From: an uncultured Actinomycetota bacterium | GTDB taxonomy: Bacteria; Actinomycetota; Actinomycetes; Mycobacteriales; Mycobacteriaceae | NCBI GenBank assembly: GCA_963836555.1 | Contig: CAWIKT010000024.1 | Location: 5,431-69,430 of the forward strand | DNA length: 64,000 nucleotides | Direction of reading: 5' to 3' | In this document: one piece after another, positions 35,516 to 45,255 of the stretch | How positions within the stretch are numbered: position 1 is the stretch's first letter | Layout of the letters: each line of letters begins with the position of its first letter | Program-made: the position numbers and the translations under genes | Notes under the pieces: generated by a model | Told to the model about the DNA's origin: nothing | The model's database searches: none | The model's input: the letters and a program-made list of their open reading frames with translations, nothing else

Positions 35516-35585
35516 CCGGTCGGCCCGTCGTCGACCTTCCAGTCTGCTCTCCTCCTATTGACCGCCGGTCTGGCTGCGTGCTACT

Positions 35586-35624
35586 AACTAGGCAATTGAA
35601 AACGACATTTTCAATTGCCTAGTT
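35586..35624. promoter_or_regulatory. Perfect inverted repeat with 17-bp arms (operator candidate)
   Basis: AACTAGGCAATTGAAAA-CGACA-TTTTCAATTGCCTAGTT, downstream of TTGACC at 35558. Confidence 0.8.
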
Positions 35625-35646
35625 GTACCCGGCTGAATCGAGAGAC

Positions 35647-36882
35647 GTGGCAGACGACGCCCAACAAGCGTGGAAGAACCCGATGGCGTGGCTGCCGCAC
35701 GCGATCGCCGAGGCGGCGCTGTCGGGTGGAGACGAAGCCGATCTGCCTGAGGCATGGGCGCATCTACAGGAACGGCTAGGCGCGGCCGAGGAGCTGGTCA
35801 GGACGTCGCCGGTGAACAAGAACCGGGTGGATTACGCATCGGGCATGCGCCACCTGATGGTGCTACTGGCCGTCGGCGCCGACGCGGCGCTGCGCGCCGA
35901 TCCCGATCCCGTGCTCGCGGTCAACCGCGCCGGCATGGACGACATCCTCACGTGGGGACTGGAATGCCCCGACTGCGTGTACATGAACGCGAGCCTGCGT
36001 CCCGGGGAGACATATCGATTGTTCGGCAATCGCGGAACGGCTCGCTACGTCGGGTTGCAGACCATGGACGGCATCGCGGCAACCTCGAACTGCCTGGTCG
36101 ACGATCTCGACGTACAGCAGGACGGAAGCTTCGAGGCGATCCTGTCCGCCGACGAGCACGACGGCAACTGGCTTCGGCTCGCCGGCGACCACCCGACGCT
36201 GACGGTGCGAAACTTCCTTTACGACTGGGACACTGAGGTATTGGCGAGTCTGAGCATCGAGCGCATCGGAGACGAGGCGATACCCGACGCGCGTGGGATC
36301 GCGCTCGACGTCTCCGTCTCACGCCAGCTGCATGCGCTGGGCGACTTCGTCTACGACAATCTGAAATTTTTTCTCGACTTCGGTGCGATGCCGCCGGCGA
36401 ACGGATTCATCCCGCCGATGGACATGACCGAGATGGGCGCCGCGGCCGAAAACCGACCAGTCATCGGCCGATTCGAGCTTCAACCCGACGAAGCGTTGAT
36501 CCTCGAGGTGCAACCGCCCGTGGGTGTCTACTGGAGCATCTCGCTGGGCAATCCGTGGTTGGAGACCATTCACTACGGACGCCACCAATCCAGCCTGAAC
36601 GGCCATCAGGCGGTCCTGGACGCCGACGGGATCTTCCGCGCCGTCATCGCCACCGCCGATCCGGGAGTGGCGAATTGGTTGGACTCCGCCGGTCACAGCA
36701 ACGGGGCCATGCTGTTGCGTTGTGTGCGAACGGAATCCGCGCCGATGCCCGAAACCCGCGTTGTCAAGATCGCCGACGTGCTCGGGTCGCTGCCCCCCGA
36801 CACCACCTTGACCGCGCCCGACGAACGAGCCCGGGTCATCGAAGCCCGGCGTCGCGCCGTTCACGAAAGGTTCTACCGGTGA
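35647..36882 (+). CDS. DUF1214-like protein (sulfotransferase-associated)
   Basis: WGLECPDCVY, YRLFGNRG, SSLN, DPGVANWLD..GH; GTGA-coupled to the sulfotransferase. Confidence 0.8.
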   Translation: MADDAQQAWKNPMAWLPHAIAEAALSGGDEADLPEAWAHLQERLGAAEELVRTSPVNKNRVDYASGMRHLMVLLAVGADAALRADPDPVLAVNRAGMDDILTWGLECPDCVYMNASLRPGETYRLFGNRGTARYVGLQTMDGIAATSNCLVDDLDVQQDGSFEAILSADEHDGNWLRLAGDHPTLTVRNFLYDWDTEVLASLSIERIGDEAIPDARGIALDVSVSRQLHALGDFVYDNLKFFLDFGAMPPANGFIPPMDMTEMGAAAENRPVIGRFELQPDEALILEVQPPVGVYWSISLGNPWLETIHYGRHQSSLNGHQAVLDADGIFRAVIATADPGVANWLDSAGHSNGAMLLRCVRTESAPMPETRVVKIADVLGSLPPDTTLTAPDERARVIEARRRAVHERFYR

Positions 36883-38024
36883 CCTTCTCCGCCGACGAGC
36901 TCGAAGACGGCGCACGCGCCGCGACCGGCCTCGACGACTTCGGCTCGTCCTATTATCGCGAGGGTCTCGAGCGGACCGTGGCCGCGCTGAACACCGAAGC
37001 CGAACTCAACGATCTCGGCCGCGTCATGCAGCACGCGACCATCAGCAACGCGTTGATCCAGCGGCTGAAGATCGTGAAGGCTTACCAGGACCATCCGGAG
37101 ATCGCCGACGAGGTGATCGACGGCCCGGTCGTGGTCCTCGGCCTGCCCCGCACCGGCACCACCGCGCTGAGTCAATTGGTCGCTGCGGACCCACAGTTCA
37201 GATCGCTGCGGACGTGGGAATCGCAGGCTCCCACACCGCCGCCGGAGGCCGCCACCCAATACAGCGACCCGCGAATCGCACAGGCCGCCGAAGGTATCGC
37301 AATGATCTCGCAGATGTTTCCGGACTTTCAGGCGATGGTCAGTTCCGAGCCTGAGGCTCCTACCGAATGCCAGGACCTGATGGGCATGAGCTTTCGAACC
37401 TTTCATTTCGACGGTGTCGTTCGCGTTCCCGGCTACGTCGAATGGCTGCTGAACAGCGACATGCGCGAGACATACGCCTTTCATAACGACGTGCTCAAAC
37501 TTCTTCAGTGGCACTGCAAACCGAACCTGTGGCACCTGCGCACCCCGGTGCACATGTTCGCGCTCGACGCGTTCGTCGACGCCTACCCGAATGCCAAATT
37601 CCTCTGGAGCCACCGCGATCCGGCGAAGGTGCTCGGATCGGTGTGCAGCTTGATCGCCTACGTCCGAAGCTGGAGCAGCGATCGACGCGACCCAGAAGAA
37701 CTCGGCGCCGAGCAGCTCGCGTGGTGGGCTGAGGGCATGCGACGCGCCATGGACTTTCGCCGCACGTTCGGCGACGACCGCTTCGTCGACGTGTCATTCG
37801 CCGACTTGCAAACCGACTCGGTGAACACCGTCGCAGAAAGCTACCGCAAGCTCGGCCTCGAATTCACCGATGCGGCGCGGGAAACCGTGCAGCAGTGGGC
37901 AGATGACCACAAGCCCGGCCATCGCGGCACGCACACCTACGAGTTGGCCGACTACGGCTTGACCACGGAACGGGTGCATGAGGCGTTTGCCGACTACATC
38001 GCCACCTATGATGCGTCTGCCTGA
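36879..38024 (+). CDS. PAPS-dependent sulfotransferase
   Basis: 5'-PSB motif GLPRTGTT and 3'-PB motif HRDP...S. Confidence 0.92.
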   Translation: MTFSADELEDGARAATGLDDFGSSYYREGLERTVAALNTEAELNDLGRVMQHATISNALIQRLKIVKAYQDHPEIADEVIDGPVVVLGLPRTGTTALSQLVAADPQFRSLRTWESQAPTPPPEAATQYSDPRIAQAAEGIAMISQMFPDFQAMVSSEPEAPTECQDLMGMSFRTFHFDGVVRVPGYVEWLLNSDMRETYAFHNDVLKLLQWHCKPNLWHLRTPVHMFALDAFVDAYPNAKFLWSHRDPAKVLGSVCSLIAYVRSWSSDRRDPEELGAEQLAWWAEGMRRAMDFRRTFGDDRFVDVSFADLQTDSVNTVAESYRKLGLEFTDAARETVQQWADDHKPGHRGTHTYELADYGLTTERVHEAFADYIATYDASA

Positions 38025-38674
38025 TCAATCCGACGCCGGCAGGACCGGTGGGCGCAAAAAGGTGGAGCCGGACCCACAGGTCCGCGCCGCTTTCATCAGC
38101 TGCCGCCACGGAAGTCGTTCGCGCCGAGGGTGTTCAGACGCTGTCCGTCGCCCAATTGCTGAGTGTGACGAACCTGAGCACCCGGGCCTTCTACCGGCAT
38201 TTCGACTCCAAGGACCAGCTGATCTCGGCGGTGTTCCTCGAGATGGCGCACACCGAAGTGGCGCGGCTCGAAGAGCGAATGTCTGGTCGCGACCCCGTTC
38301 GCGCGGTGGCGGCCTGGATCGACGGCCGGCTGGACATCGCCTTCAACCAGCAGACCCGCGCCGACCTGCGCCAGATGTCCCTAGAGGCGCAGACCCAGAT
38401 GTTCGTCACTCCCGATCTCGTGGCCCCCGCCTATCGCGAGATCTTACGACCGCTCGCCGAACAGCTCACGCGTGGAAGGGATCTGAGTATCTTCGCCGAG
38501 ATCGATCCCGACGGCGAGGCGTTGTCCATCCACGGCGTGGTGTGGGCCAACGTCGAACGACATTGGGCGACAGCCGCGCGCGATCCCGCAGAGGTCCGGT
38601 ATCGCGTCCAACGGTTCTGTCTTGGAGGTCTCGGTCTGAGCGCCGAAGCGATCAGCGCCGCGCTTGCGAGCTAG
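38011..38674 (+). CDS. TetR-family regulator (probable frameshift near 38100; ORF-track start 38048)
   Basis: STRAFYRHFDSKD helix-turn-helix; N-terminus KKVEPDPQVRAAFI lies in another frame overlapping the sulfotransferase stop. Confidence 0.82.
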
Positions 38675-39224
38675 CGTCGACCTGGTCGGGAGAGTAGCCG
38701 ATCACCGGAGGTGAGTCTCCGTAGATGTCCAGGGTGTGCAGGAAGCGATGCAGTCCCATCGTTGCGGCACAGGAGAATCCGAGTTCGATGATCTGCGCCG
38801 CGGTGAAGTGCTCGCCGAGTCGGCGATAGAACTCGTCACCGATGGAGTGGTGGTCGCCGGACAGCCGATCGAGGAATTCAACGGCCAACTGTTCCTGCGG
38901 AGTCAAAGCGTCGTGCCGCGGGGCCAGGAGGCACGCGACGTCGTCGTCGGTGATCGAGTCGTGCTTGCGTGATTGGCTGCAGGGCTCACATTCACCGAGT
39001 TGGGCACTGCGGATTCGCAGCAGTTCCAGTATTCGGCCGCCCAGCAGGGTGCCGGCACCGAGATGAGTCCGGGCCAGGTCTACCTGTTCGAGTTGCGCGC
39101 TGCGATACGCGAAGATCTGCAGCGGAACCGGTGTCGCGTAGAGCCCTGCCGCGACTCCGGCCTCCACGACGCCGCGCGAATGCTCGCTGAGCTGATCCAT
39201 CGGAACGGGTTCGATGCGAGGCAT
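38652..39224 (-). CDS. Carboxymuconolactone decarboxylase/AhpD-family protein
   Basis: ELLRIRSAQLGECEPC (CxxC), HFTAAQIIEL. Confidence 0.82.
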   Translation of the reverse strand: MPRIEPVPMDQLSEHSRGVVEAGVAAGLYATPVPLQIFAYRSAQLEQVDLARTHLGAGTLLGGRILELLRIRSAQLGECEPCSQSRKHDSITDDDVACLLAPRHDALTPQEQLAVEFLDRLSGDHHSIGDEFYRRLGEHFTAAQIIELGFSCAATMGLHRFLHTLDIYGDSPPVIGYSPDQVDASSQARR

Positions 39225-39238
39225 GATTTTTCGGACTC

Positions 39239-40045
39239 CTAAGTTGGTCCAAGGGCGTACGCGCCGGTCTCCGGATGGTGGTACCAGCCGCTGGCGGCGT
39301 GCGTCCCGCCGTCGACGTGAATCGTCTGCCCGGTGATGTAACTGGACATGTCGGATGCGAGAAAGATTGCGGCGTTTGCCATTTCGTCGACATGGCCGGC
39401 GCGTTCCATCGGGACCACAAGGCCGAATCGTTCGGTGGACCCAGGAGGTGCCATCTGCATGATCCCTTCGGTCAACGTAATATCGGGCGCCAGTGCGTTC
39501 ACCCTGATGCGATGCGGTGCCAGTTCCAGAGCCGCGGTTTTGGTGTAGTTGATGACTCCGGCCTTCGCCGCCGCATATGTCGCGTAACCCGGTGCGGCGC
39601 GGACACCTTCGATGGAGGTGATGCTGATGATACTGCCCGGCAACCCGTGTTCGACGAGGTCGCGAGCCACCCGTTGGGTGCACAGGTAGACGTGACGCAG
39701 ATTGGATTTGTACAGCGCGTCCCAGCCGTTCTCGGTGGTGTCGAGGATTCCGGACCAGAACACCCCGCCGGCGTTGTTGACCAGGATCGTGACAGGTCCG
39801 AGTTCGGCGGTGGTCTGCGCGAGTGCGGCGTCGACCGATTCACTGTCCCGGACGTCGGTGCGAATGCCCAGTGCACCGATCTCCTCGGCGGCCGCGGCGC
39901 ACGACTCGGGGTTCTGCTCCCAGATCGACACCTTCGCCCCGAACGCCGTCAACCCGGCGGCGATACCGCGACCGATACCGGCGCCTCCGCCGGTGACCAC
40001 CGCGACACGGTCGGTCAGAAAAATGCTTGCCGGATCGACTGCCAT
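39239..40045 (-). CDS. Short-chain dehydrogenase/reductase
   Basis: TGGGAGIG, NNAG, YAAAK, ITGQTIHVDGG. Confidence 0.93.
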   Translation of the reverse strand: MAVDPASIFLTDRVAVVTGGGAGIGRGIAAGLTAFGAKVSIWEQNPESCAAAAEEIGALGIRTDVRDSESVDAALAQTTAELGPVTILVNNAGGVFWSGILDTTENGWDALYKSNLRHVYLCTQRVARDLVEHGLPGSIISITSIEGVRAAPGYATYAAAKAGVINYTKTAALELAPHRIRVNALAPDITLTEGIMQMAPPGSTERFGLVVPMERAGHVDEMANAAIFLASDMSSYITGQTIHVDGGTHAASGWYHHPETGAYALGPT

Positions 40046-40122
40046 CGGCTAAGCATAGGGTAATACCAGTTCATTCGTTACAAAAAATACGCAATATGTC
40101 TTATCTGTAAACGGAGGTAGAG

Positions 40123-41127
40123 ATGGCCAGCACAATCTTCGTCACCGGTGCCACCGGTCAGACCGGCGGCAATGTCTGTGAGCAGTTGATCGAGCGCGGT
40201 GATCATGTCCGTGCCCTGGTCCGCAATCCCGACGAGGCCACGGCGCTGAGCGCGATCGGCGTCGAGTTGGTCAAGGGCGACATCCGCGATGCCGATGATG
40301 TGCTTCGCGCGGCCAGTGGCGCCGAGGCGGCCATCCACTGCGCGGCGTTGCTGGGCGGCGCCAGTCAGGACCTCGAAGACTTCAAGGCCGTCAACATGAT
40401 CGGCACCTCTCATGTGCTCGACGCGGGAAAGAGTCTGGGGATGCGACGGGTCGTCGCGCTGAGCACAGCGACGTTTCTCAATCTGAGTACCGGCCTCGAT
40501 TTCGAAGAAGCCCCCGTCCTGGAAAACCCGCCGAACGATCCGTACACGGTCACCAAGCTGGCCGCCTTCCAGGAGGCGCACCGGCGGGCCGCTGCCGGCG
40601 ACGACGTGCTGACGTGCCACCCGGGGGCGATCTTCGGTCCCGCCCCGGTCGTCGAACGGGCCCTGCACCGCACCAGTTTCAACCGGGTCTTGTTGGCCGG
40701 ACTACGCGGAAAAATCAAGCGTTACTTAGCCTTTCCCATGACTTGGGTGTCAGGCAAGGATGTCGCGAAGGGGTCGATCGCGGCGCTGGACCAGGGGGTG
40801 GCCGGCGAGCGCTACCTGCTGGTGGGCCGGCCGGGTGACACTCTGAGCACCGCCGCCGGCATCAATCGGGCCTGCGAGATCGCCGGAATCGACTTTTCCG
40901 TCGAAGATCTCGACTACCGATCCGACCCGCCGGCGCTGACGGCTGAGTTCGGGCCCACGCTGATGGCGATCGCGGAGGCCGCGGCCAAGGACGTGCGCAA
41001 ACCCAGAACGGGTGACAACTTGACCACACGGCGGCTCGGCTACGCCCCGATGTCATTCGACGACGGATTGCGTCTGCTGATTTCATGGCTGCGTGAGCTC
41101 GGCCGCCTCGATCCAGTATCCGCCTGA
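40123..41127 (+). CDS. NAD-dependent epimerase/dehydratase (extended SDR, dihydroflavonol-reductase-like)
   Basis: VTGATGQTG, IHCAA, YTVTK; GGAGG RBS. Confidence 0.88.
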   Translation: MASTIFVTGATGQTGGNVCEQLIERGDHVRALVRNPDEATALSAIGVELVKGDIRDADDVLRAASGAEAAIHCAALLGGASQDLEDFKAVNMIGTSHVLDAGKSLGMRRVVALSTATFLNLSTGLDFEEAPVLENPPNDPYTVTKLAAFQEAHRRAAAGDDVLTCHPGAIFGPAPVVERALHRTSFNRVLLAGLRGKIKRYLAFPMTWVSGKDVAKGSIAALDQGVAGERYLLVGRPGDTLSTAAGINRACEIAGIDFSVEDLDYRSDPPALTAEFGPTLMAIAEAAAKDVRKPRTGDNLTTRRLGYAPMSFDDGLRLLISWLRELGRLDPVSA

Positions 41128-41155
41128 AATTCATTCCACCGCAAAGGGTTACACC

Positions 41156-41728
41156 GTGCCGATTGTCGAACGACGCCAATCCACGTCAGAGTACGGCGAG
41201 TTGGCCGATCGCATACTCGATGCGACTCGACGGCTCCTCCTGACAGCAGGCGCCCGCAGATTGTCGATGTCCGACGTGGCCACTCTGGCCGGAGTGTCGC
41301 GACCGACGATCTATCGCTACTTCGCGTGCAAGGAAGATTTGATCGACGCGCTCGGAGCGCAGGAGCGACGGCGATTCGATGCGGCGATGGAACGCGCGAT
41401 GACCGGAGTCACCGGCGTCGCGCGGTTGGAAGCCGCGGTCGATGTCGTGGTGAGCTTCGTGGAGAGCCAGCCACCCGGGCGTCAACTCGACCTGGATCCT
41501 GGCTTCGCGCTGGAGCAGATGGCGCATGCTCTGCCGATGATCGGCGAGCGGCTGGTGGCGGTCTTGTCGCAGTGCGCGCGCGAAGACGGGGTCGACAGCG
41601 CGGTGAGCGCTCGGTGCCTTGCCGGTGCCATCGCACGAGTCGCGTTGAGCCATTACATGTTTCCCGATGCCGACTCGACGGCGGTGCGCCGGCAGGTTCG
41701 CGCTGCCGCCGGCCTGCCCAATAGTTAG
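41156..41728 (+). CDS. TetR-family regulator
   Basis: MSDVATLAGVSRPTIYRYF helix-turn-helix. Confidence 0.9.
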   Translation: MPIVERRQSTSEYGELADRILDATRRLLLTAGARRLSMSDVATLAGVSRPTIYRYFACKEDLIDALGAQERRRFDAAMERAMTGVTGVARLEAAVDVVVSFVESQPPGRQLDLDPGFALEQMAHALPMIGERLVAVLSQCAREDGVDSAVSARCLAGAIARVALSHYMFPDADSTAVRRQVRAAAGLPNS

Positions 41729-41793
41729 CTGGCCGGCCCCCGCGGCAGGCCTCCGCTTGACCTTGTCGGTGGGTGGGTATTGACTGATGGCAA

Positions 41794-41809
41794 TCGAACA
41801 TACATTCGA
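41794..41809 (+). promoter_or_regulatory. LexA (SOS) box upstream of imuA'
   Basis: TCGAAC-ATAC-ATTCGA, one mismatch from TCGAAC-N4-GTTCGA. Confidence 0.88.
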
Positions 41810-41845
41810 ACAACACCAGTAACACCCGTACCGCAGGAGTGCTCG

Positions 41846-42520
41846 ATGACGGCGATGCTTGCCTCCGGACAGTCGCATCACAACCGTGATGAGCAGCTAA
41901 AACAGCTGCGTAAACAGATGGCAGCGGTATCGGGGAAGATCGGCGCTCCTCGGCGCGGGCACGCGCACGCGGACGACCTGCTCCCGGAGTCGGAGGCCAG
42001 GCTCCCCGTTCCGCAGTTGCTGGCCTCGGTGTTGCCTGATGCGTTGCCACGGGGGGCGGTGGCGGTGCTCACGGGTGCCCGGTCACTGGCGCTGAACATG
42101 GTGGCCACGGTGACGGCCGCCGGCGGGAATGTGGCCATCGTCGGTCAGCCGGATGTCGGACTGCTGGCCGCGGCGGAAATGGGTGCCGATCTGAGCCGGC
42201 TGGCGGTGGTCCCGGATGCCGGGACCGACCCGGTGGAGGTGGCCGCGGTGCTGATGGACGGGATGGACCTGATCGTGTTGGCGCTGGGCGGACGTTCGGT
42301 GCCGATGACCAGGGCCCGGGCGGTGGTGGCCCGGGCTCATCAGAAAGGCTGCACGTTGCTGGTCACCGACGGCGACTGGCAGGGCGCATCGATACGGTTG
42401 AAGGCCCGAGTCAGCGGCTACGAAACCAGTTCGGAAAAGCCGGGTTTCGGTCGTATCAACAAGGTGCGGCTCGAGGTGTGCGCGGCGGGGCGGGCGATCA
42501 GGCAGGCTCGGACGGGGTGA
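41846..42520 (+). CDS. imuA: Mutasome accessory protein ImuA' (Rv3395c-like)
   Basis: [28 protein letters not shown]; upstream SOS box; precedes imuB. Confidence 0.92.
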   Translation: MTAMLASGQSHHNRDEQLKQLRKQMAAVSGKIGAPRRGHAHADDLLPESEARLPVPQLLASVLPDALPRGAVAVLTGARSLALNMVATVTAAGGNVAIVGQPDVGLLAAAEMGADLSRLAVVPDAGTDPVEVAAVLMDGMDLIVLALGGRSVPMTRARAVVARAHQKGCTLLVTDGDWQGASIRLKARVSGYETSSEKPGFGRINKVRLEVCAAGRAIRQARTG

Positions 42521-42521
42521 C

Positions 42522-44099
42522 ATGGCCTCCCGGGTATTGGCGATTTGGTGCATGGACTGGCCCGCGGTTGCCGCCGCGGCGGCCGCGGGATTGCCGGCGA
42601 CGTCCCCGGTCGCCGTCACGCTGGCCAACCGGGTGATCGCCTGTTCGTCGGCGGCCCGTTCGGTGGGCGTGCGGCGCGGGCTTCGCCGCCGTGAGGCGTC
42701 GGCCCGCTGCCCGCAACTGCACGTGGTGGCCGCCGACCCCGACCGCGACGCCCGTTTCTTCGAAGGGGTTGTCGCGGCGGTGGACGACTTGGTGCCTCGT
42801 GCCGAGGTGCTGCGGGCCGGCCTGGTGGTATTGCCTGCCCGTGGGGCGGCCCGGTTTTTCGGGTCTGAACAGCAGGTCGCTGAGCGACTGACCGATGCGG
42901 TGGCCGCGGCCGGCGCCGAGTGCCAGGTCGGGATCGCCGATCAGTTGCCCACCGCGGTCTTCGCTGCCCGTGCGGGCCGGGTCGTGGCGCCCGGGGAGGA
43001 TGCCCGGTTTCTGTCGGCGCTGTCGATCCGCCAACTCGCCACCGAGCCCAGCCTGTCCGGTCCCGGCCGGGCTGAGCTATCAGATCTGTTGTGGCGGATG
43101 GGTATTCGTACTGTCGGGCAGTTTGCTGCGTTGTCGAGAACGGATGTGGCCTCCCGGTTCGGGGCCGACGCGGTGAGCGCGCACCGGTTCGCCCGGGGCG
43201 AGCCGGAACGCGGGCCGTCGGGGCGCGAACCGCCGGTCGAGCTCGATGCGGTGCTGCAGTGCGATCCGCCGATCGACCGGGTCGACGCCGCGGCCTTCGC
43301 TGGGCGCTCGTTAGCCGGCGCGTTGCATCAGACGCTGCTGACCGCCGGTGTGGGCTGCACCCGGCTGGCCGTCCATGCCGTCACCGCCAATGGTGAAGAG
43401 CTGACTCGGGTTTGGCGATGCGCTGAACCGTTGACCGAGGACGCCACCGCCGACCGGGTGCGTTGGCAGCTGGACGGCTGGTTGAACACCCGGATCGTGA
43501 TGGATCGGCCCACCGCGCCGGTGGTGCAGTTGCGGCTGCAGGCGGTGGAGGTGGTGTCGGCGGGAGCGCTGCAGTTACCGCTGTGGGGTGGCCTCGGCGA
43601 AGAAGACCGGCTGCGGGCCCGTCGAGCACTGATCCGGGTGCAGGGCCTGCTCGGTCCGGAGGCGGTGCAGGTGCCGACGCTGTCCGGCGGTCGTGGACCG
43701 GCCGAACGCATCACGCTGACACCGCTCGGCGACGAACCGGTGCCGCGCGCCGATCCGAATCGGCCTTGGCCCGGCCAGCTTCCGGAACCCTCACCGACGG
43801 TGTTGCTCGACGATCCGGTGGAACTGCTTGATGCCCAGGGTAATTCGATCCGAGTCACCAATCGCGGGTTGTTTTCCGCCGACCCGGCGCGGTTGACCGC
43901 CCGTGGCCGTGACAACCGGCTGCACTGGTGGGCCGGCCCGTGGCCGGTCGACGAACGGTGGTGGGATCCAGACCATGCGGGTGGTCAGACCGCTCGGGTG
44001 CAGGTGCTGCTGGAGGGCGAGCGACCGGCCGATGCCGGTACCGCGCTACTGCTCTGCTATCGGCAACGGAGGTGGTATCTGGAGGGAATCTACGAGTAA
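42522..44099 (+). CDS. imuB: Inactive Y-family polymerase ImuB (Rv3394c-like)
   Basis: AIWCMDWP, clamp-binding QLPLWG, WAGPWPVDERWW, WYLEGIYE. Confidence 0.95.
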   Translation: MASRVLAIWCMDWPAVAAAAAAGLPATSPVAVTLANRVIACSSAARSVGVRRGLRRREASARCPQLHVVAADPDRDARFFEGVVAAVDDLVPRAEVLRAGLVVLPARGAARFFGSEQQVAERLTDAVAAAGAECQVGIADQLPTAVFAARAGRVVAPGEDARFLSALSIRQLATEPSLSGPGRAELSDLLWRMGIRTVGQFAALSRTDVASRFGADAVSAHRFARGEPERGPSGREPPVELDAVLQCDPPIDRVDAAAFAGRSLAGALHQTLLTAGVGCTRLAVHAVTANGEELTRVWRCAEPLTEDATADRVRWQLDGWLNTRIVMDRPTAPVVQLRLQAVEVVSAGALQLPLWGGLGEEDRLRARRALIRVQGLLGPEAVQVPTLSGGRGPAERITLTPLGDEPVPRADPNRPWPGQLPEPSPTVLLDDPVELLDAQGNSIRVTNRGLFSADPARLTARGRDNRLHWWAGPWPVDERWWDPDHAGGQTARVQVLLEGERPADAGTALLLCYRQRRWYLEGIYE

Positions 44100-44193
44100 A
44101 AATGCCCGTCGCCGGCCCGCTGCGCCCAGGTACGATCAGGCTCAATCCACTAGCGGCCAAGGGGAAATCACGATGTCGAAGGCGCGTGCGGCT

Positions 44194-45231
44194 TTAGCGC
44201 AGCGACGCGGCGAACGGTCCGACTCGCTCGATGAACCGGTCGAAGAACACCGCCGGGTCCGCCTCAACAGCGATCAACGCGTTGGCCCTTCGCGCCCAAC
44301 GGCCCGACCAGTCGGTGACGGTCATGCCGCGGGTCAGGGTGCCGGTCAACTCGACGTCCACCGTTGTCGGCTGCGTCCGTACCAGCTGCGGATCGAGCGC
44401 GACCGCCGCGGCCAGCGGATCGTGTAGATGTGCGAGGTAGCCGTGCCCGAGGTCGTGATACGCCTCCAGATAGAACCGCGTCGCATCCTCGATCATCCGA
44501 ATGAGCGGGTTGGAGGCCGACGATCGCGTGCCCCGCTCGTCATCGAGACTCAGGGCGGCCGTCGTCGAATCGGCGGCGGCGGCCAGGCGGGAGAGAATGC
44601 CGGGGGTGAGTGCGATCTGTCTCGTAACGTCGAGCCCGCACAGAATGGGAAGACGTTGCGGGTCAACATCTTCCGTTGGTGACCACGCCGCGAACACCTC
44701 GGCAGCGGCTTCCGGGTCGAAGGCGATGTTCCACTCCGCCACCGGGGTGGTGTTGCCCCGGTGGTCGTACGCCCCGCCCATGATCACCAGCCGGCGCAAC
44801 AGTGCCGGCAGCTCGGGCTCCGCGCGGAGCGCGAGGGCCAGGTTGGTCAGCGGGCCGGTCGCCACCCCGATCAGTTCACCCGGATACTGTTGTGCCGCTG
44901 TGACCCAACCCGTTGCGGCATCGTCGTCGGACAGTTCCCGATCCGTCGGCGCCAGCTCGGCGTAACCCAATCCCTGCGGCCCATGAACCGGGCTGTCGGT
45001 GCGCGCGGCGGAGTTCAGTGGATGCTCCGCGCCCCTGAACACCGGCACGGCGTCGGCGCGACACAGCTCGAGTAGTCGAAGATTGTTGACGCAGACCTGC
45101 TGCACCGGGACGTTTCCGGCGGTCGATGCGATGCCGACGACGTCGGCGTCCGGACTGGCCAGCAGGTAGATCAGTGAGATGGCGTCGTCGACGCCGGTGT
45201 CGACGTCGACGAAGACTGGTGCGGCGGCCAC
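44194..45231 (-). CDS. iunH: Nucleoside hydrolase
   Basis: DVDTGVDD, TGPLTN, AEWNIAFDPEAA, LHDPLA. Confidence 0.93.
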   Translation of the reverse strand: MAAAPVFVDVDTGVDDAISLIYLLASPDADVVGIASTAGNVPVQQVCVNNLRLLELCRADAVPVFRGAEHPLNSAARTDSPVHGPQGLGYAELAPTDRELSDDDAATGWVTAAQQYPGELIGVATGPLTNLALALRAEPELPALLRRLVIMGGAYDHRGNTTPVAEWNIAFDPEAAAEVFAAWSPTEDVDPQRLPILCGLDVTRQIALTPGILSRLAAAADSTTAALSLDDERGTRSSASNPLIRMIEDATRFYLEAYHDLGHGYLAHLHDPLAAAVALDPQLVRTQPTTVDVELTGTLTRGMTVTDWSGRWARRANALIAVEADPAVFFDRFIERVGPFAASLR

Positions 45232-45255
45232 CGCGGAAACGATACCCGTTCGGGC

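Noticed and set aside
35500-41780. Integrase-driven island at the guaA 3' end (GAGTGGGA attachment-like site)
   Set aside because: No integrase and no convincing duplicated attachment sequence at the far end
44100-44193. Promoter, RBS and ATG-like signals (TACGAT, AAGGGG, ATGTCGAAG) after imuB
   Set aside because: The frame runs antisense into iunH with no recognisable product; at most a remnant of a deleted gene
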